Origin: an uncultured Dehalococcoidales bacterium
Lineage (GTDB): Bacteria > Chloroflexota > Dehalococcoidia > Dehalococcoidales > W111
NCBI GenBank assembly: GCA_964575695.1
Contig: CAZNSC010000002.1
Location: 1-59,851, forward strand
Reading direction: 5' to 3'
DNA length: 59,851 nt
A model generated the notes under the pieces. That model made no database searches, was not told the origin of the DNA, and worked only from the letters and a program-made list of their open reading frames with translations. Position numbers and translations under genes: made by a program. Below are positions 9,546 to 18,871 of the stretch, piece after piece; position 1 is the first letter of the stretch; every line of letters begins with the position of its first letter.

Positions 9546-9665
9546 ATGAAGGGAGTGGCAACGGTTTTCCTCCTGCTGGCGTTGACCTTGAGTGTTGTGT
9601 TGAGCGGCGGCTGTGCGGCCACTACTAATCATCAACGACGTCTCCCCACATCCCCTCTTCCCTAA
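9546..9665 (+). CDS. Possible 39-aa lipoprotein-signal mini-ORF (MKGVATVFLLLALTLSVVLSGGCAATTNHQRRLPTSPLP)
   Basis: The ATG lies 3 nt after the GNAT stop. It has a textbook signal peptide plus lipobox LSGGC. The ORF ends inside the convergent mtaB 3' end, and it is too short for the ORF track. Confidence 0.3.
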   Translation: MKGVATVFLLLALTLSVVLSGGCAATTNHQRRLPTSPLP

Positions 9666-10905
9666 ATTCCAAGAGCTTTACTGGCAGCAGCTTGTTGGTC
9701 AAGTCCTCATCGCTTCTGGTATAGACCTTGATGTAGTTGTCGGTGAGGCCAGACCAGATGCCGTCACGGGAGTGCTTTTCCCATAATACCACCGTCGTCC
9801 TGCCCAGGAACTTTCGCCCGAAGCTTTGGGCGCTTTCTCGGGCTAGAGCCAGCATCTGCTCGGTTCGTTGCTTCTTTACTCTTTCCGCCACCGGCTGCGG
9901 CATCCGGGCAGCCTCAGTGCCGCTACGGGGTGAATAGGGGAAGACATGAAGCCGGGCAAATGCCATCTGTCGGCAGAAGTCGTAGCTCTGCTCAAACTCC
10001 TCGTCAGTCTCACCGGGGAAGCCGGCGATAATGTCGGTGGTGATGGCTATCTCGGATATGGCATTTCGAACTAAGGACACTGCTTGCTGGTATTCACCGG
10101 TGGAATAGCGCCGTCTCATCCGCAGAAGCACACGGTCACTGCCACTCTGCACGGCGAGGTGCAGATGGCGGCACAGCCTCGTATCATGCCACAGCCCGAT
10201 GAGCTCAGGGGAAATTTCCTGGGGTTGGAGGGAGGAGAGCCGCAATCGGGCGACGTTGGTCTCTGCCAGGATACGCTTAAGCAGCCCGCTGAGGCTGACA
10301 CCATCGTCGGTGTACGAGCCAACCCTGGTTCCCGTGAGTACCACTTCCCGGCAACCGTCATTCACCCGTTGACTGACCTCAGCAATGATCCGGTCAGCGG
10401 ACAGGCTCTTCTCCCGGCCCCGCACCGTAGGCACAATGCAGTAAGAGCAGAAGCTATCGCAGCCATCCTGAACCTTGATAAAGGCGCGAGTCCTGAGCCC
10501 GGCATTGTTCCGGGTTCTTTTGGGGACGGGGGTGGGGTGGCCTGGCCCACCAGACTCCGCCACCAGCCTGACTAGGTGCGGCTTTTGTTTGTTGTCTACG
10601 ACGAGGTCAACCCCGGCAATCCGGGCCAGTTCCTGCTGGGCGCGGTCGGCATAGCACCCGGTGGCAATAACCAGGGCGTTGGGGTTGCGGCGGTGCGCCA
10701 GCCGGAGCCGGTGGCGGGACTTGCGGTCGGCGATGTGGGTGACCGTGCAGGTATTAAGGATATAAACATCAGCTTCGCTGGTCGGGGATACCAGCTGGTA
10801 TCCTGCCTCAACAAGCTGTCTGGCTAAAAGCTCTGTTTCCGCCTGGTTAAGCTTGCAACCTATGGTATCTAGGGCGACAGTTGTCCTGCTCTCTTCCTCG
10901 GCCAT
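9625..10905 (-). CDS. mtaB: Radical-SAM methylthiotransferase, MiaB/MtaB family (tRNA t6A37 methylthiotransferase-like)
   Basis: 426 aa. It has an N-terminal UPF0004 Cys triad (GCKLN...NTCTV...GC), the radical-SAM motif CDSFCSYC, and a C-terminal TRAM-like region. Confidence 0.85.
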   Translation of the reverse strand: MAEEESRTTVALDTIGCKLNQAETELLARQLVEAGYQLVSPTSEADVYILNTCTVTHIADRKSRHRLRLAHRRNPNALVIATGCYADRAQQELARIAGVDLVVDNKQKPHLVRLVAESGGPGHPTPVPKRTRNNAGLRTRAFIKVQDGCDSFCSYCIVPTVRGREKSLSADRIIAEVSQRVNDGCREVVLTGTRVGSYTDDGVSLSGLLKRILAETNVARLRLSSLQPQEISPELIGLWHDTRLCRHLHLAVQSGSDRVLLRMRRRYSTGEYQQAVSLVRNAISEIAITTDIIAGFPGETDEEFEQSYDFCRQMAFARLHVFPYSPRSGTEAARMPQPVAERVKKQRTEQMLALARESAQSFGRKFLGRTTVVLWEKHSRDGIWSGLTDNYIKVYTRSDEDLTNKLLPVKLLEFREEGMWGDVVDD

Positions 10906-11064
10906 TTCACCAACCCCCTATGACGGTATTATAGTTTTCACACTCACGGAGGGTCAAATAAAGGCTGTCCTTGCAGATAAGTTGAGATTGTGGTAATAAT
11001 ATAGTTAACTTCAACGCTCGGGCGTTGATACCGTGGAAATAGAGAATCATTTGGAAATGGGTAG

Positions 11065-11110
11065 TTTGAAGGGGCTTAGCCCCTTCAAACTTATGCCCTC
11101 TCGAAGGGAG
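11065..11110. repeat. Hairpin-repeat copy (module-B variant TTTGAAGGGGC-TTA-GCCCCTTCAAA plus CCCTCTCGAAGGGAG) just upstream of fabF
   Basis: Read directly. Same family as the other clusters. Confidence 0.7.
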
Positions 11111-11115
11111 TAGAG

Positions 11116-12372
11116 TTGATAGATAATGCCAATAACCGGGTCGTCGTTACCGGGATAGGTGTCCTGTGCCCGCTTGGTCTGAGTGCCACCACTACCTGGG
11201 AGGGTCTTGTTGTCGGCAAGTCCGGCATTGACTATATCACTCTGTTTGACCCTGAGGCGTTTGAGACCAGGTTCGCTGGCGAGGTAAAGGGGTTCGAGCC
11301 CGGTAACTATCTCAACCGCAAGGATACCCGCCGTATGGATCGCTTTGCTCAACTGGCAGTGGCCGCTGCGCAGCAGGCAGTAGAGCAGGCTGGGCTGAAG
11401 ATCGACGCCAGCAATCAGTATTCAATTGGTGTTCTGGTCGGTAGCGGGGCCGGAGGTTTGATCACCCTGTCGGAGCAAATGAGGATGTTGATAGAGCACG
11501 GGCCGGGTAGAGTGAGCCCGTTTCTGGCCCCGATGCTCGGCTCAGATATGGCTTCCGCCCAGATATCGATCGTGCTCGGGGCTAAGGGGCCAAACTTCTG
11601 CACCACTTCGGCCTGTTCCAGCGGTGCTGATGCCGTTGGGGGCGCTTATGAAATTGTGAAGCGTGGTGACGCTCAGGTGATGATAACCGGGGGCAGTGAG
11701 GCAATCGTGAGTCCCATCGGTATCGCCGCCTTCAACGCCAATAAAGCTCTGTCCACACGAAATAGTGAGCCGCAGCTGGCATCCCGCCCATTTGATGCCG
11801 AGCGGAATGGCTTTGTCCTCGGTGAGGGAGCCGCTATTCTGATTCTGGAGAACCTCTCCTTTGCTCAGTCACGTGGGGCCAACATCCTTGGCGAGATCGT
11901 TGGTTATGGCGCCAGTGGTGACGCTTTTCATATTACCCAGCCGGCGGAGAATGGGGAGGGTGCTGCCCGGGCAATGCAGATAGCGCTCGATAAGGCGGGA
12001 CTCGCTCCTACCGACATTGATTACATCAACGCTCATGGCACCTCGACACCCCTGAATGACAAGGTGGAGACCCTGGCGATAAAGAAGGTGTTTGGCGACC
12101 ATGCCTACAATATTCCGATAAGCTCTACCAAGTCGATGATCGGGCATCTCCTCGGTGGTGCCGGTGCTGTTGAGGCGGCGATAACCGTGATGGTTATCCA
12201 GCACGGAATAATACCGCCGACGATAAACCTTACTCACCCCGACCCGGATTGTGATTTAGATTATGTCCCCAATGTTGCCCGCCGTGCCGCGGTTGGGGCG
12301 GCGTTGTCTAACGCCTTTGGCTTTGGTGGGCACAACTCAGTGCTGGCGTTCCGAAAATATAGTGGGGAGTGA
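11116..12372 (+). CDS. fabF: 3-oxoacyl-ACP synthase II
   Basis: 418 aa. It has active-site Cys in TTSACSSG, His motifs in NAHGTSTP and KSMIGHLLGGAG, and GFGGHN at the C-terminus. Confidence 0.95.
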   Translation: MIDNANNRVVVTGIGVLCPLGLSATTTWEGLVVGKSGIDYITLFDPEAFETRFAGEVKGFEPGNYLNRKDTRRMDRFAQLAVAAAQQAVEQAGLKIDASNQYSIGVLVGSGAGGLITLSEQMRMLIEHGPGRVSPFLAPMLGSDMASAQISIVLGAKGPNFCTTSACSSGADAVGGAYEIVKRGDAQVMITGGSEAIVSPIGIAAFNANKALSTRNSEPQLASRPFDAERNGFVLGEGAAILILENLSFAQSRGANILGEIVGYGASGDAFHITQPAENGEGAARAMQIALDKAGLAPTDIDYINAHGTSTPLNDKVETLAIKKVFGDHAYNIPISSTKSMIGHLLGGAGAVEAAITVMVIQHGIIPPTINLTHPDPDCDLDYVPNVARRAAVGAALSNAFGFGGHNSVLAFRKYSGE

Positions 12373-14078
12373 GCTTGAGCCATAGCCGTTGGAATCTGCT
12401 GCCCGCAGTCCCGGATGAACATCTGGTCAAGGCCTTGGCCTTCCCGCCTCTGATAGCTCAACTGCTGTATAATCGTGGTCTCACCGAACCCTCCCAGTGG
12501 CAACTATTTCTCGGCGCTGACAAGCGCTTGTCTGGTGACCCGTGGCAGCTACCTGATATGCATCAGGCGGTAGCCAGGATTTACCAGGCGCTGCTTTCCG
12601 GGGAGAGAATCGCCGTCTATGGCGATTTTGACGTTGATGGCATCACGGGCACTGCCCTGCTTGTCTACGGGCTATCAGTCCTTGGCGGCAGGGCTATTCC
12701 CTATATCCCACACCGCCTGACCGAAGGTTACGGCCTGAAGACGGCTGCTCTGGAGAAGCTTCACCGACAGGGTGTCAGCCTCGTTATCAGCGTTGATTGC
12801 GGGATTACCGCCATCAGAGAGGTCAAAAGAGCAAGAAGACTGGGGCTGGATATGATTGTCACCGACCACCATACCCCTCTGGACACGGTGCCACCAGCCA
12901 GGGCCGCTATTGACCCAAAGCGAGCTGATTCAACCTATCCCTTCTCGGAGCTGACCGGTGCCGGGGTGGCTCTCAAGCTTCTTCAAGCCCTGTTTCAGAG
13001 TCTCGGTAAGGAGGAGCTGCTGGACGGGCTATTTGACCTGGTGGCGCTGGGAACTGTAGCCGATATGGCACCATTACTCGGGGAGAACCGCTACCTGGTC
13101 AAGCAGGGGCTGAAGCTCATTAATACCACCCCCCGTTTGGGGGTCAGGGAGATAGCCGCCAGCGCTGGACTGGATATTGGCAGCCTTGACGCCGAAACTA
13201 TCTCCTGGGTTATCGCCCCGCGGTTAAACGCTGCCGGAAGACTGGCTCATGCCATGACCAGCTACCGGCTGCTGATGACCGAGTCATCCCGGGAGGCGCA
13301 GGCATTAGCTATCTGGCTGGAACAGAAAAACTCGGAACGGCAGAAGCTGACCGAGAAAGCGCTGGCCCGAGCCCGACAACAGGTACTGGCTCGGGGGATT
13401 CTACCGCTGCTGGTTGCCGGTGACCGGGAGACGCCGGCAGGAATCGCCGGGCTGGTAGCCAGCCGGCTTTCCGAGGAATTCTACCGCCCGACGGTGGTTA
13501 TTAAGGTCGGAGAGCAGGTAAGTAGCGGTAGCTGCCGCAGCATACCGGAGTTTAACATAATCCATGCCCTGACTCAGTGCGGTCGTTTATTCTATCACTT
13601 TGGCGGGCACTCCCAGGCAGCCGGTTTTACGCTGCCCACCCGGAATCTGCCCCGCCTCCAGGTTCACCTCTCCCGGTTAGCCGCCACTCAGCTAGAGGGG
13701 GTTGACCTTCGCCCCGGCCTGGATGTTGAGGCTGATGTTGCCTTACCCGACCTCGGTGGCGATACATATCAGACGATTCAAAAGCTGGCGCCCTTTGGCC
13801 GTGGTAACCCGGTGCCCGCCTTCCTGAGCCGTGCCGTGGAGGTTGTTGATTGCCAGACCATGGGTAACGGCAGCGAACACCTGAGGCTGAAACTTAGGCA
13901 GGGCGGGACGGTGTGGGATGCGGTGGCCTTCAGATTGGGCGGCTGTCTGTCAGAGGTATCCTCGCTCATTGACATCGTTTATAACCTGGAAGTAGACCGC
14001 TGGGGCGGGCGGGAAAGGCTGAGGCTTAACATCCTTGACTTTGCGCCAGTTTCTCCTGTTTCTACCACCCTGACTTGA
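12369..14078 (+). CDS. recJ: Single-stranded-DNA-specific exonuclease RecJ
   Basis: 569 aa. It has the DHH motifs (GDFDVDGITG, DCG, VTDHH) and a DHHA1 region (GGHSQAAG). The GTG start overlaps the fabF stop. Confidence 0.93.
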   Translation: MSLSHSRWNLLPAVPDEHLVKALAFPPLIAQLLYNRGLTEPSQWQLFLGADKRLSGDPWQLPDMHQAVARIYQALLSGERIAVYGDFDVDGITGTALLVYGLSVLGGRAIPYIPHRLTEGYGLKTAALEKLHRQGVSLVISVDCGITAIREVKRARRLGLDMIVTDHHTPLDTVPPARAAIDPKRADSTYPFSELTGAGVALKLLQALFQSLGKEELLDGLFDLVALGTVADMAPLLGENRYLVKQGLKLINTTPRLGVREIAASAGLDIGSLDAETISWVIAPRLNAAGRLAHAMTSYRLLMTESSREAQALAIWLEQKNSERQKLTEKALARARQQVLARGILPLLVAGDRETPAGIAGLVASRLSEEFYRPTVVIKVGEQVSSGSCRSIPEFNIIHALTQCGRLFYHFGGHSQAAGFTLPTRNLPRLQVHLSRLAATQLEGVDLRPGLDVEADVALPDLGGDTYQTIQKLAPFGRGNPVPAFLSRAVEVVDCQTMGNGSEHLRLKLRQGGTVWDAVAFRLGGCLSEVSSLIDIVYNLEVDRWGGRERLRLNILDFAPVSPVSTTLT

Positions 14079-14685
14079 TATGCCTGGCGATAGTGTCTAT
14101 TGCCTCGAACAAGTCAGATGAGGGCAGGAGATAAGGGGTCCTGACCCGGGCATGTTCATACTTTGGCTCAGGGAAAATCCAGATACTGCCCTTAAGCTTG
14201 CCCAGGTCGGACTGTAATAGCCTGTCTTTTAGCTGATAATCCAAATTGAGCCCTCTGGCTAGATAGTCGTCCCCCTTCCACTCAATATCAACTACCTTGC
14301 CCCACATGCCTGAACTTCTCTTCTTTACCATCCTTGTTTTCTTTCTGCTCTTCTTATCTGACCAATTAGGGCTTGTGACCAGGTAATCGAGGAAGTAACG
14401 GACGCCGTACTGGCTGGAGAGGCTGACAACGTTTATATAATCTACATTCCTTCCCGTGATCTTGATGATACCCTCCGACCTCTGCCCTGAAGCACGTCCG
14501 ATCCCCACCTTTTCCTCTTGGGCACCCTTTTCCAGCCGGGATGCTTTCACCCCGATCTCTTGGAGGTGGTTAAAGAACTGCTCGATGTTTTGGGGGCCAC
14601 CCTTCTTCCTAGCCCGCAGTGCCAGCGGCAGGCCGATAACTGCCAGCAAGGCTATGATGCTGCCGATGATGTCTGCCCAGTCCAT
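14062..14685 (-). CDS. Membrane-anchored hypothetical protein, third gene of the MoxR-VWA operon
   Basis: 207 aa with an N-terminal TM helix (IIGSIIALLAVIGLPLAL). Its ATG overlaps the VWA stop (TAATG). I recognise no family. Confidence 0.6.
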   Translation of the reverse strand: MDWADIIGSIIALLAVIGLPLALRARKKGGPQNIEQFFNHLQEIGVKASRLEKGAQEEKVGIGRASGQRSEGIIKITGRNVDYINVVSLSSQYGVRYFLDYLVTSPNWSDKKSRKKTRMVKKRSSGMWGKVVDIEWKGDDYLARGLNLDYQLKDRLLQSDLGKLKGSIWIFPEPKYEHARVRTPYLLPSSDLFEAIDTIARHIKSGW

Positions 14686-15863
14686 TACTTCTTAACGACC
14701 AGTTTTTTTACCGCCCGTCCCAGACCATCAAGGGTCAGCGGGAACATGGGGAAGAGCCGGCCAATCATTTGAACCGTCGGGTGGATCCAGAAGCGTGGGT
14801 TGTCCGCATTTAACCAGACGCAGTGGGTAAAATGATCGGCAATCCGCTTGAGCCAGACCACCCCCGGTGTCTCATTGCGCTCAAAGTAATTGATTGAGCC
14901 GTACCTCTCCGCTAGCTCCTGGGGGGCCATCCTGGCATCTCCGACCAGCAGCACTTTATAGTCGGGCTCCACAGTGCGCAGGAGGTGGTCGGTGCTTATC
15001 GCCTCTTGCCTTTCCATGTCCTGATAAAGGTTATCGTAGATGCAGTTGTGGAAGTAGTAGTATCGGAAATCCTTGAAATGAGTGCTGGAGTGGGCGGCGG
15101 AGAACAGTCGGTTGCATAGCCAGGCAAAGGGTTCCATAGAGCCGCCGGCATCCATCAACAAAAGCAGCTTGACCGCATTCTTTCGGCTCCGTTGCCAGAT
15201 CAGTTCAATCTCACCGGCATTCTTGGCTGTGGCATCGATGGTTTCCTCCAGGTCCAGCTCATCCTCGGGGCCGATTCGGTTAAACTGGCGCAGCTGTTTT
15301 AGCGCCATCTTAATCTGGCGGACATCGAGGGTCAAATCGTGGCGGTAGTTCCGGAATCTTCTCTCCTGAGCAACCTGTATGGCATGCCCGCCCCCCGACT
15401 GACCGCCGATTCTGATGCCAGCGGGGTGGGCTCCAGAATGGCCAAAGGGAGCGGTGCCGCCGCGACCGATCCAGTAACCGCCTCCATCGTGCTGCCCGGT
15501 CTGCTCTTTGAGCCTCTTTTCAAGCTCTCTCAGTAGCTCATCGAAATCCATTCTGTCAAACAGGGCTTGTTCCTCTTCGGTAAGGGTCATCCGGTTCATG
15601 GGGTCTTTAAGCCATTCCAGTACCTGTTCTGAAATCTCGGCCGGGGTCTCTATTCCCTTAAAATACTCTTGAAAGGCAATATCATAATGGTCAAAGTGGA
15701 CTTCGCTTTTAACCAGAATCGCTCTCGCCAGGAAGTAGAACTCGTCCAGGTTAGTGATGTAACCCTTGTCGAGAGTCTCCATCAGGGTCATCCACTCGGT
15801 AATGGAGACTGGTACCTTCCTTTTCCTCAGGATGTAGAAAAAATCAGTGAACACCTTTACCAC
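14685..15863 (-). CDS. VWA-domain protein, CoxE-like
   Basis: 392 aa. It has a MIDAS-type segment (LLLLMDAGGSMEP) and a CoxE-like N-terminal region. It overlaps the upstream MoxR gene by 7 nt. Confidence 0.8.
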   Translation of the reverse strand: MVKVFTDFFYILRKRKVPVSITEWMTLMETLDKGYITNLDEFYFLARAILVKSEVHFDHYDIAFQEYFKGIETPAEISEQVLEWLKDPMNRMTLTEEEQALFDRMDFDELLRELEKRLKEQTGQHDGGGYWIGRGGTAPFGHSGAHPAGIRIGGQSGGGHAIQVAQERRFRNYRHDLTLDVRQIKMALKQLRQFNRIGPEDELDLEETIDATAKNAGEIELIWQRSRKNAVKLLLLMDAGGSMEPFAWLCNRLFSAAHSSTHFKDFRYYYFHNCIYDNLYQDMERQEAISTDHLLRTVEPDYKVLLVGDARMAPQELAERYGSINYFERNETPGVVWLKRIADHFTHCVWLNADNPRFWIHPTVQMIGRLFPMFPLTLDGLGRAVKKLVVKK

Positions 15864-16714
15864 CGCCGAAGGACAGAAGTATCGCCGGGCCTGGTCATAT
15901 AATTCCGGGCAAAGTAATCGTAGTCCGTCTCTTTCTTCAGCAGGGCGCCCATAAAGGGGGTCTCTTTGGAGATATTCTCGTGGGGTACACCTCCGGCAAT
16001 AAGCGCCCGAATCCAGTCAATCAATTCGCTGGTCGAGGGCTTTTTCCGGAACTCGTCAATCTCCCTCAGTGAGTAGAAGGTTCTCAGGGCTTCCTGAAGC
16101 AGGCTGTTCTTGATATCAGGGAAGTGCACCCGCACAATCTCTTCCATCAGCTCGGGGTCAGGGAATTCGATGTAGTGGAAGATGCAACGCCTCAAGAAGG
16201 CGTCGGGCAGTTCCTTCTCCGCGTTGCTGGTGATAACTGTTATCGGCCGGTGGATGGCTTTGATAGTCTCGTTGGTCTCCGGGATATAGAAGCTCATTTC
16301 ATCCAGTTCATTAAGGAGGTCATTGGGGAACTCAATGTCTGCCTTATCTACCTCGTCGATGAGAAGCACCACCTGCTCTGGGGAAGCGAAGGCCTGCCCC
16401 AGTTTGCCCAGCTTGATGTATTGCTTGATATCAGAGATGTCTTTATCCCCGAAGCGGCTGTCATTGAGCCGTTGCACAGTATCATAAACGTATAGTCCCT
16501 CTTGGGCTTTGGTGGTTGATTTTATGTACCAGGCAATCAGTCTTTTGGCCAGCCCTTGGGCAATGCTGTGGGCCAGCAGGGTTTTCCCCGTCCCTGGTTC
16601 TCCCCTGATTAACAGCGGCCTCCCCAGGGCGATGGCAACATTAACCGCGTTCCTCAAAGGTTCCGAAGTAACATAATCGGCTGAGCCCTGGAATTGATCG
16701 AAATTACTTTTCAC
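15857..16714 (-). CDS. MoxR-like AAA+ ATPase (AAA_5/CoxD-like)
   Basis: 285 aa. Walker A is GEPGTGKT, Walker B is LLIDEVDKA, and the sensor region is ITSNAEKELPDAFLRR. Confidence 0.85.
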   Translation of the reverse strand: MKSNFDQFQGSADYVTSEPLRNAVNVAIALGRPLLIRGEPGTGKTLLAHSIAQGLAKRLIAWYIKSTTKAQEGLYVYDTVQRLNDSRFGDKDISDIKQYIKLGKLGQAFASPEQVVLLIDEVDKADIEFPNDLLNELDEMSFYIPETNETIKAIHRPITVITSNAEKELPDAFLRRCIFHYIEFPDPELMEEIVRVHFPDIKNSLLQEALRTFYSLREIDEFRKKPSTSELIDWIRALIAGGVPHENISKETPFMGALLKKETDYDYFARNYMTRPGDTSVLRRW

Positions 16715-16813
16715 AGGTCAATCGCCTCCTGAAAATAGCTTTGTGGAGATATCCGGTTCTCCTGTGCCGCCACACAAATTATAGCCGAGATTGAGAGCCA
16801 GAATCAAGCGGGG

Positions 16814-17620
16814 CTAAGCTTTAGAGGGCACGTCCACTATTTCAGCATCACTGCCGGCTTTTACCCACCGCGTCCGATAAGCCAGTAGAGGAACCGTGAT
16901 GAGCAATACGATTAGGGCGATGACCTGAGCCTCGTGTAGGCCGAAGAGGAAGGGTGTCCCATCACGCAGGAAATCGGTGCTGAGCCGCCACAATGAGTAT
17001 AGACTGAGATAGACAAGGAACAGTGAGCCCTCAGGCTTGAGTCGCCCCCGCAACTTGAATAATAGCCCGAAGACGAGCAGGTTCCATATGATCTCATAAA
17101 CCGTCGTCGGGTGCACCGCCACCCCCAGAGGAGCAAGGCTATTGGGGTGAGTGTAGACAATGCTCCAGGGCAGTGAGGTTGTTGTACCGTAGCAGCAGCC
17201 GTTTATGGTACAGCCGACCCTGCCCACAGCCTGGGCCAGTATGACACCCGGCGCCACCACATCGGCAAAGTAACTGAACCGGACTTTACTCACTTTGCTG
17301 TAGACCCACACCCCCAGGGCAGCGCCTAGAATGGCGCCGTAGGCAGTCAGACCGCTGCCACCAATTATCTGCCCCGGGTTCTGGCTGTAATAGTCCCACC
17401 AATCAATGACATGGAGCAGTCTTGAAAATATTATTCCTGAGGGAATGGCTACTAACGCCGCGGTAAAAACCGTATCATAGGTAAGATGGGCCCCCTTTCT
17501 TACTTCTCGCAGTACCCACCAGACAACGGTCAGGACTGCCAGGGCGATAAAGATGCCATACCACCGGACCTCAATGGGGCCGATGGTAAAGGCTACCGGA
17601 TTTATGTTTATAGCAATCAA
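16814..17620 (-). CDS. lgt: Prolipoprotein diacylglyceryl transferase
   Basis: It carries the Lgt signature (GPIEVRWYGIFIALAV...GRVGCTINGCCYG). The ORF track extends to 17782 and overlaps ftsY. I place the start at TTG 17618-17620, which is preceded by GGAGGA. Confidence 0.88.
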   Translation of the reverse strand: MIAININPVAFTIGPIEVRWYGIFIALAVLTVVWWVLREVRKGAHLTYDTVFTAALVAIPSGIIFSRLLHVIDWWDYYSQNPGQIIGGSGLTAYGAILGAALGVWVYSKVSKVRFSYFADVVAPGVILAQAVGRVGCTINGCCYGTTTSLPWSIVYTHPNSLAPLGVAVHPTTVYEIIWNLLVFGLLFKLRGRLKPEGSLFLVYLSLYSLWRLSTDFLRDGTPFLFGLHEAQVIALIVLLITVPLLAYRTRWVKAGSDAEIVDVPSKA

Positions 17621-17642
17621 TGTTCCTCCAAATGACTTGATT

Positions 17643-18548
17643 TCAAGAGCACAGTGCCTCGACAAAAGCTTCGGCGTTAAACGGGGCAACATCCTCCAGC
17701 TTCTCGCCAGTACCGACAAACTGGACGGGTATTCTAAGCTCATCGCAGATAGCCAGCACAATGCCGCCCTTGGCGGTGCCATCCAGCTTTGCCAGGAAGA
17801 TGCCGGTTACCCCCACCGCCTCGGTAAAATATCTGGCTTGGGCCAAGCCATTCTGACCGGTGGTGGCATCAATCACCAGGATTACCTCATGCGGTGCTGT
17901 GGGGTCACCCTTGGCGGCCACTCGCTTGATCTTCTTCAGTTCTTCCATGAGGTTAAACTTGGTGTGCAGCCGGCCGGCGGTATCAATAATTACCTCATCG
18001 GCACCCCGGCTCTGTGCTGCCTGCATGGCGTCATAGACCACCGCCCCGGGGTCCGCCCCGGGCTGGTGGGCGATGACCTCCGCCCCAACTCTCTCCGCCC
18101 AGCGCTGGAGCTGGTCAATGGCCGCTGCCCGGAAGGTATCTGCCGCCGCCAGCAGCACCCGCCTCCCGCCCCTTTTCGACCTGTAAGCAAGCTTGGCAAT
18201 AGAGGTTGTCTTACCACTGCCGTTGACGCCGACGGCAAGAATGACTTTGGGCACCGGTGCCGCAGGCGGCGCTCCTTGATTATCAATCTTCAAGATATTG
18301 ACCATTTCCGTCTGTAATGCCGAGCGCACCAGTGAGCTATCGCTAATCCTCTCCTCCTTTACTTGCTGTTTTACCCGTTCAATCAGCTTTTCGGCAGTGG
18401 TAACACCGACATCGGCGGCGACCAGCAGCTCCTCAAGGTCTGTCCATACCGCCTCATCGATAACAGTGCGGTCAAACAGGCGCATTGCCTTGCTGAACCA
18501 GGTATCACGGCTTCGCTTCAGTGCCTGTTTAATATTTACCAACCTCAC
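17643..18548 (-). CDS. ftsY: Signal-recognition-particle receptor FtsY
   Basis: 301 aa. It has the NG domain with [14 protein letters not shown] and [10 protein letters not shown]. The GTG start lies inside a repeat module. Confidence 0.93.
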   Translation of the reverse strand: MRLVNIKQALKRSRDTWFSKAMRLFDRTVIDEAVWTDLEELLVAADVGVTTAEKLIERVKQQVKEERISDSSLVRSALQTEMVNILKIDNQGAPPAAPVPKVILAVGVNGSGKTTSIAKLAYRSKRGGRRVLLAAADTFRAAAIDQLQRWAERVGAEVIAHQPGADPGAVVYDAMQAAQSRGADEVIIDTAGRLHTKFNLMEELKKIKRVAAKGDPTAPHEVILVIDATTGQNGLAQARYFTEAVGVTGIFLAKLDGTAKGGIVLAICDELRIPVQFVGTGEKLEDVAPFNAEAFVEALCS

Positions 18549-18770
18549 CCCCTGTATCCCCCTCTCCTTATCTAAGGAGAGGGGGACGGTTTTGGAAGAA
18601 GGGTAAAACCCTTCTTAAACTACCTGCATTTAGTTTTGCCTTGCTCTTTAACTATCCCCTAATATGTTTTAATAAGGGCAGCCCCTCTCACACTCCCTGT
18701 TAGATTAACCTCTTTCAAAGGAGAGGGGGAATTATAAGAGGGGCGTAAGCCCCTCTTGGATTCTCCCCTT
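18543..18770. repeat. Hairpin-repeat cluster 5: module A at the left end, then B-type hairpins and a partial A
   Basis: CCTCACCCCCTGTATCCCCCTCTCCTTATCTAAGGAGAGGGGG; GGAAGAAGGGTAAAACCCTTCTT; TAAGAGGGGCGTAAGCCCCTCTT. Confidence 0.85.
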
Positions 18771-18871
18771 TTTGGACTCTCTCTTTATATTATAAGCTAC
18801 TTCGCTGGAAAATGGAAAAAAGGGGGGTTATTTGCGTTTGGTTGGTGGGAAGAAGAGGGGTGAGGTACTAG

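Noticed and set aside
16814-17782. The extended N-termini in the ORF track were considered for lgt (17782), asd (25529), ylxR (38551), rbfA (36413), GNAT (8971) and PHP (33936).
   Set aside because: The extensions overlap upstream genes or lack family similarity. Internal starts with SD sequences match the expected protein N-termini.
17553-18317. Several long antisense or overlapping ORFs might be taken for genes: 17553-18317 opposite ftsY, 38271-38924 and 38659-38973 opposite nusA, 10084-10575 opposite mtaB, 36484-36993 and 37058-37684 opposite infB, 50870-51358 opposite serS, and 46184-46693 opposite the SBP gene.
   Set aside because: Each lies entirely within a gene with strong family signatures on the other strand. 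Their translations are low-complexity Arg/Pro/Ser/Gly-rich sequences typical of GC-rich antisense frames.
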